From Methanothermobacter thermautotrophicus str. Delta H (GTDB taxonomy: Archaea; Methanobacteriota; Methanobacteria; Methanobacteriales; Methanothermobacteraceae), in the NCBI RefSeq assembly GCF_000008645.1, contig NC_000916.1:450001-482000 (forward strand): 32,000 bases of DNA, given 5' to 3'. The position numbers were made by a program, and so were the translations under genes. The notes beneath the pieces were generated by a model. The model was not told where the DNA came from and searched no databases. It worked only from the letters and a program-made list of their open reading frames with translations. Position 1 is the stretch's first letter. Each line of letters begins with the position of its first letter. Below, piece after piece: positions 27,360-32,000 of this stretch.

Positions 27360-27629
27360 TCATTTCTCATCCTTCTCATCAGAGAATCCCTGCTCCTCTT
27401 CATTTTCTTCATCATCGGAGATTCCGTACTCCTCCTTGAGCTGGGCTATTAGATCCTCATTCATGGATACCTCTGGTATCACAGCCTTTTCATCCTCGCT
27501 GGCTCCCCTTTTCCTTCCTATGGAAACAATCAGTACAACTATAACTGCAATGGCCACTATAACGGCTGCAACGGTTATCAGAACATCAATGCCTATTGCT
27601 GGAGTCTCTGTGCCGGCGCCGGGTCCCAT
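27360..27629 (-). CDS. Small single-pass membrane protein with strongly acidic C-terminal tail
   Basis: IDVLITVAAVIVAIAVIVVLIVSIG followed by RKRG and ..DDEENEEEQGFSDEKDEK. ATG 27629 is in the 7-nt SD register (GAGG-TGTGACC-ATG). Its stop is 28 nt before the ligase start. Confidence 0.6.
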   Translation of the reverse strand: MGPGAGTETPAIGIDVLITVAAVIVAIAVIVVLIVSIGRKRGASEDEKAVIPEVSMNEDLIAQLKEEYGISDDEENEEEQGFSDEKDEK

Positions 27630-27643
27630 GGTCACACCTCAAT

Positions 27644-27653
27644 TTTATATAAA
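27644..27653. promoter_or_regulatory. Palindromic TATA box TTTATATAAA in a 47-bp divergent intergenic region
   Basis: Its centre is about 28 nt upstream of ATG 27677, which has no SD, implying a leaderless mRNA. A second AT element at 27663-27672 could serve the minus-strand gene. Confidence 0.4.
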
Positions 27654-27676
27654 TAATCATACAATATATATCTTAC

Positions 27677-28240
27677 ATGATAATCAAGGATTTAAGGGGA
27701 CAGGGTGGTGCTGAGTACATACTCCTTTTTGCGGCCATAATAGTGATAGCCGTTGCAGCTCTCTACATATACAGCTCCTACTTCAGGTTTTCAGGGAACG
27801 AGGCCGTTGATGTTAAACTCACCATAACAAATATCGGTCCATCCAAGAGCAAGTTCATCTATGAGGCCAACAACACCACCGGCGGCGGAAGCAGACACAT
27901 AGTATCCGGGGATCCAGGTAACAGGTTCTTCCTTCTCCAGCCCGGTGCAAGCCGTACCTTCAACCTTGGAAGGATGAGTGGAGGTACGAGCTTCACCATA
28001 GAGGGAGGAGTCGGAGACCCCAAAGGCGGAACAGATGACCTCAAGGGTATAGGGCAGAGGGGCCGGTGGACGCTGAAAATAGGCAACCAGAGCTACTCAT
28101 GGGTTATAAGCGGACCATATGATTACCGCAGGAACCCCACCGGTAGCGTGCTGATGTCATTCTCCATAAGCGGAGGTGGAGGTTCACCCTTCAAATTCAC
28201 CAGCGACCAGGTCAAGGTGAGGGGAAACGTGTCAGGATGA
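27677..28240 (+). CDS. Archaeal type IV pilin-like protein (class III signal peptide, DUF361-type N-terminus)
   Basis: [31 protein letters not shown] has R-G before the predicted cleavage site, Glu at +5, then a hydrophobic helix. The remainder is Gly-rich and beta-like. Confidence 0.6.
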   Translation: MIIKDLRGQGGAEYILLFAAIIVIAVAALYIYSSYFRFSGNEAVDVKLTITNIGPSKSKFIYEANNTTGGGSRHIVSGDPGNRFFLLQPGASRTFNLGRMSGGTSFTIEGGVGDPKGGTDDLKGIGQRGRWTLKIGNQSYSWVISGPYDYRRNPTGSVLMSFSISGGGGSPFKFTSDQVKVRGNVSG

Positions 28241-28302
28241 GCACCTAAACTGAAAACCCATGGCTAAATGCCGCGGGGAATCAGGATGAAAACCTTCAAG
28301 GG

Positions 28303-28812
28303 GTGATGTGTTTGAGCAGATATGAGAAGGCGACCTTCGGGGCCGGATGCTTCTGGGGGGTCGAGGACGCCTTCAGAAAGGTTGATGGTGTTGTATCAAC
28401 CCGTGTGGGATACATGGGGGGTCACCTTGAGAACCCCACATATGAGGATGTCTGCACCGGTCTTACAGGACACGCAGAGGTGGTTGAGGTAACCTTTGAC
28501 CCTGATGTTGTGGGTTACAGCGACCTCCTTGATGTGTTCTGGAGCATACATGACCCGACGACCCTCAACAGGCAGGGCCCGGATGTGGGAGAGCAGTACC
28601 GCTCGGTCATATTCTACCACAGCGATGAGCAGCGAAGGGCTGCCATTGAGTCAAGAAGGAGACTTGAGGAGTCTGGAAGGTTCAGAGACAGGATAGTTAC
28701 AGCCATTGAACCAGCAGGGACCTTTTATGAGGCCGAGGAGTACCACCAGCAGTACCTTGAGAAGAACCCCCGGAGGAGATGCTACCTCATGAGACTACTC
28801 TCAACGAGGTGA
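28303..28812 (+). CDS. msrA: Peptide methionine (S)-S-oxide reductase MsrA
   Basis: [12 protein letters not shown] active-site motif, [22 protein letters not shown] and EEYHQQYL. Confidence 0.95.
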   Translation: MMCLSRYEKATFGAGCFWGVEDAFRKVDGVVSTRVGYMGGHLENPTYEDVCTGLTGHAEVVEVTFDPDVVGYSDLLDVFWSIHDPTTLNRQGPDVGEQYRSVIFYHSDEQRRAAIESRRRLEESGRFRDRIVTAIEPAGTFYEAEEYHQQYLEKNPRRRCYLMRLLSTR

Positions 28813-28816
28813 TCCA

Positions 28817-30483
28817 GTGAAGATCAATGATGATGCTTCAATCGTCCTCTGCGGTGAGGCAGGGCAGGGCATACAGACCGTCGAGGCCCTCCTCATAAGG
28901 CCTTCAAGGCCACCGGCTACCACATATTCTCCTGCAAGGAGTACATGTCCCGTGTGCGTGGAGGGGAGAACTCCACACTGATAAGGGTATCATCCACACC
29001 GGTCCGGGCCTTCATAGAAAGGGTGGATGTGCTGTTTGCACTGAGCCCCGGTGCAGTGGAACACATGGATGGCCGTGTGAAGGATACACTGGTCATTGCA
29101 GATGAGGAGTTCCATGAGGAGGGCGCCATCAGCCTCCCGATAATGGGGGAGGCAGAGAAGCTGGGGGGCAGGATATTCGCCAATGTCGTTGCAGCGGGTG
29201 CAGCCGCAAACCTCTTCGGTGTCAGAGAGGAAACATTCGATGAAGCCGTGCGGTCCCTATTCGAACGCAAGGGCCCTGACATAGTAGAGGCCGACCTCAG
29301 GGCCGGGAGGAAGGGCTATGAACTGGGTGATGAACTCAGGGAGCACCTTGAGATCAGCATTGAACCCCAGCCATCGGTGAGGGAACACGTTGTCCTCAAC
29401 GGGACAGAAGCCGTTGGCATAGGGTGCATCGCCGGGGGCTGCCGCTTCATGTCATCATACCCCATGACACCATCAACTCCACTCCAGGTATTCATATCAG
29501 AGAACGCCGCTGAATTCGACATGGTATTCGAGCAGGCAGAGGATGAGATTGCAGCCATCAACATGTGCCTGGGGGCCTCCTATGCGGGTGCACGGTCCCT
29601 TGTCGCAACCTCAGGTAGCGGATTTGCCCTCATGGAGGAGGCCGTTGGCCTTGCAGGTATGATAGAAACACCTGTGGTTATATACATAGGCCAGAGGCCG
29701 GGGCCGGCTGTTGGTCTTCCCACCAGGACAGCCCAGGAGGACCTGAACCTCGCCCTCTACGCAGGCCCCGGTGAGTTCCCAAGGGCAATTCTGGCTCCAG
29801 GGAAACTCGAGGATGCCCCTGAAATCGCGGCCCATGCCTTCAACCTGGCAGACAGGTACCAGATACCTGTATTTCTGCTCTCAGACCAGTACCTGGCAGA
29901 CCTCTACTACGACCTACCCTCACCCCAGATCGGTGAGGAACCCTCTTACCATATCACCCGGACATGGGAGGGTTACAGGAGATTCGAGTTCACAGCTGAT
30001 GGTATATCACCCAGGGGTATTCCAGGCTACGGGTCCGGGACGGTACGGGTGGACTCAGATGAGCACGATGAGGAGGGCCTGATAACAGAGGACCTTGATG
30101 TGAGGAGGAGGATGGTTGAGAAGAGGAACCTGCGCCTTGAGATGCTGAAGGATGACACCCTGAAGCCTGAGGTGTACGGTGATAACTCCTCTGCACTGAT
30201 ATGCTGGGGTTCCACCTACTGGCTGGTACGGGAGGCCATCGAGTCATCCGGTGCAGATGTGAGCATGGTGCACTTCAGCCAGGTCTACCCCCTCCCCCAT
30301 GACACCCTGGAGCTCCTGGAATCATTCGACAGGACCGCTGTGGTTGAGAACAATTACCGCGGACAGTTCGCGGACCTCCTCAAGCTTGAGGGATTTGAGG
30401 CCGATGAAAGGTTCAGGAGGTACGATGGCATGCCCTTCAGCGTTGAGGGGGTTGCCGGATTCATCGAGGAGGTTCTCCTATGA
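28817..30483 (+). CDS. 2-oxoacid:ferredoxin oxidoreductase, alpha subunit (gamma-alpha fusion type); 5' end frameshifted as assembled
   Basis: GTG 28817 (GAGGTGATCCA-GTG) reads [27 protein letters not shown] (gamma-domain N-terminus). [24 protein letters not shown].. continues in the frame of ORF 28945..30483, and one G appears to be missing at 28899-28900. The alpha-domain motif is YPMTPSTP. Confidence 0.85.
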
Positions 30484-31346
30484 GGCCAGAGGATTATGAC
30501 ATGAATGTTGAAATTGCATGGTGTCCAGGATGCGGTAACTTCTCCATCCTGAGGGCCCTCAAGATGGCCCTTGCAGACCTGGATATACTCCCTGAGAGGC
30601 TTGTCCTTGTCTCGGGGATAGGCCAGGCAGGGAAGCTCCCCCAGTACCTGAAGTGCAACCACTTCAATGGACTTCATGGCAGATCCCTCCCTGCTGCAGT
30701 GGCCATCAAGGCCACGAACCCCCAGCTCACAGTCATCGATGTGAGCGGTGACGGCTGCATGTACGGTGAGGGCGGAAACCACCTCATCCATAACATCCGG
30801 AGGAACCCGGACATAACCACCATCGTTCATGGCAACATGGTCTACGGTCTCACCAAGGGCCAGGCGTCCCCCACAAGTCAGCCCGGCTTCAGGACTCCTG
30901 TGCAGGTTCAGGGGGTCTTTGAGGAACCATTCAACCCATTAGCCGTGGCGGTTGCCCTGGGGGCCACCTTCGTTGCAAGGGCCTTCTCAGGGGATGTTGA
31001 GAGGACGCGTGACATACTGGTCGAGGCTATCAGCCATCATGGTTATGCCCTCGTGGATATATTCCAGCCCTGTGTGACCTTCAACCGTGTTAACACCTTC
31101 CAGTGGTTCCGGGAACACACATACTACACCGATCATGATCCTGCAGACAGGTTGCTGGCCCTTGAGAAATCCCTTGAGGGATACGGTGGGGGTAGGTTTC
31201 CACTGGGTGTCATATACAGAGTTGAGGGTGAGAGGACCTTCGAGGAAAATCTCAGTGTATACCATGGGGATGCCACTCCCCTCTGGAGGCGGAGCCATGA
31301 CCCTGATAAACTGAAGCGTCTCATTGAATCAAAGAGGATGGTGTAG
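30480..31346 (+). CDS. 2-oxoacid:ferredoxin oxidoreductase, beta (TPP-binding) subunit
   Basis: [26 protein letters not shown] and [10 protein letters not shown] motifs. ATGA start/stop overlap with the alpha subunit. Confidence 0.9.
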   Translation: MRPEDYDMNVEIAWCPGCGNFSILRALKMALADLDILPERLVLVSGIGQAGKLPQYLKCNHFNGLHGRSLPAAVAIKATNPQLTVIDVSGDGCMYGEGGNHLIHNIRRNPDITTIVHGNMVYGLTKGQASPTSQPGFRTPVQVQGVFEEPFNPLAVAVALGATFVARAFSGDVERTRDILVEAISHHGYALVDIFQPCVTFNRVNTFQWFREHTYYTDHDPADRLLALEKSLEGYGGGRFPLGVIYRVEGERTFEENLSVYHGDATPLWRRSHDPDKLKRLIESKRMV

Positions 31347-31387
31347 CTTCAGTCAAACTGATGTATTTTATTTAATAGGGTGATAGA

Positions 31388-31723
31388 GTGACAGCTGAAA
31401 TCAGGCTCTACATAACTGAGGGTGAGGTTGAGGATTACAGGGTGTTTCTGGAGAGGCTCGAACAGTCGGGCCTCGAGTGGAGACCTGCAACCCCTGAGGA
31501 TGCCGATGCGGTCATAGTACTTGCGGGTCTATGGGGCACCCGGAGGGATGAGATACTGGGTGCTGTGGATCTTGCACGTAAATCATCAAAGCCCATAATA
31601 ACCGTGAGACCCTACGGCCTTGAGAATGTACCCCCTGAACTGGAAGCAGTGAGTTCCGAGGTCGTCGGCTGGAACCCCCACTGCATAAGGGATGCTCTCG
31701 AGGATGCCCTGGATGTGATCTAA
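31388..31723 (+). CDS. MTH538-type TIR-like / flavodoxin-like fold protein (DUF1863 family)
   Basis: The 111-aa [28 protein letters not shown].. matches my recollection of the Methanothermobacter MTH538 structural-genomics protein. GGGTGATAGA-GTG is in the canonical SD register. Confidence 0.6.
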
Positions 31724-31854
31724 TTCGTTAAGTAGTAGCTACGATCAGGCTGAAGCTGTCTACGCATCCTCTGCAAGGCCTGCAGAACCATCATTATTCA
31801 GGTACCTCAGCTGATAACAGGTCCATAAAAATGATCACAATATTCAGAGGATAA

Positions 31855-31880
31855 TAACTCCTGGTATTAACTCCTGGTAT
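31855..31880. repeat. Perfect tandem duplication of a 13-mer (TAACTCCTGGTAT x2)
   Basis: Read directly, in the convergent intergenic region. Confidence 0.9.
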
Positions 31881-31963
31881 CAATAAGGTTGCCTGCTTGA
31901 CTGATGGGAATTCAAAAAAAAAGAAAAGGTTAGGGTTAGGGTGGCCATTTTCAGGCCGATGAC

Positions 31964-32000
31964 TTAACCACAAACATGCCGGGCTTCCTTGAGGTCGGGT
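31964..32000 (-). CDS. Possible 3' end of a minus-strand gene running off the window (..PDLKEARHVCG-stop)
   Basis: Only 11 open codons ending at TAA (31966..31964). On the minus strand it is followed by TTTTCTTTTTTTTT (31914-31927), a plausible archaeal terminator. Confidence 0.25.
   Translation of the reverse strand, partial: PDLKEARHVCG

Noticed and set aside
31928-31944. GGTTAGGGTTAGGGTGG, two copies of the telomere-type TTAGGG unit and a possible two-tetrad G-quadruplex
   Set aside because: It has only two units with weak G-tracts, and it sits in a terminator-proximal spacer. This is most likely chance.

Overview
Archaeal chromosomal segment, very probably from a Methanothermobacter-type (Methanobacteriales) methanogen. 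Evidence: about 50% GC, dense coding, Shine-Dalgarno motifs of the form GAGGTGATCC at a fixed distance (about 7 nt after GAGG) before many starts, an Hmd ([Fe]-hydrogenase) paralogue, pseudomurein-type Mur ligases, a pseudomurein-binding-repeat protein, and a final 111-aa ORF I recognise from memory as the MTH538-type TIR-like/flavodoxin-like protein (no search was possible). I call about 36 protein genes. I found no rRNA, tRNA, CRISPR array, transposase or integrase. Left to right: a truncated nuclease gene; Roadblock/LC7 plus Hmd paralogue; a K+ channel; a YbjQ-domain pair; two paralogous lipoproteins; a UvrD-type helicase overlapping a Cas4/AddB-like Fe-S nuclease fused to HEAT repeats; a divergent DUF6569/ARPP-1-like gene; a roughly 1490-aa secreted, membrane-anchored CobN-like protein; an archaeal ATPase plus CARF-wHTH (Csa3-like) pair; a run of small envelope proteins (DUF2085, FxLYD-like, DUF4064-like, zinc-ribbon/PsbP-like, PMBR protein, HxxE..H peptidase-like); a zinc-ribbon/DUF169 group; then a minus-strand block of small TM protein, Mur ligase, tandem double Mur ligase (one unit with a MurT-type zinc ribbon), VanW-like membrane protein and MobA-like nucleotidyltransferase; a pilin-like gene; msrA; a two-subunit 2-oxoacid:ferredoxin oxidoreductase; and the MTH538-like gene. 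Best candidate for an under-described system: the Mur-ligase/VanW-like/MobA-like block at 21.0-27.6 kb, flanked by PMBR and peptidase-like genes, which may cover unassigned steps of pseudomurein peptide synthesis or cross-linking. Secondary candidates are the helicase/Fe-S-nuclease-HEAT pair with its DUF6569 neighbour, the extracytoplasmic CobN-like protein, and the orphan CARF-wHTH/ATPase pair. Major caveat: at least ten apparent 1-nt frameshifts, mostly at short G/C runs, split otherwise intact genes, so several ORF-track entries are fragments of one gene. All family assignments come from motif recognition by eye.
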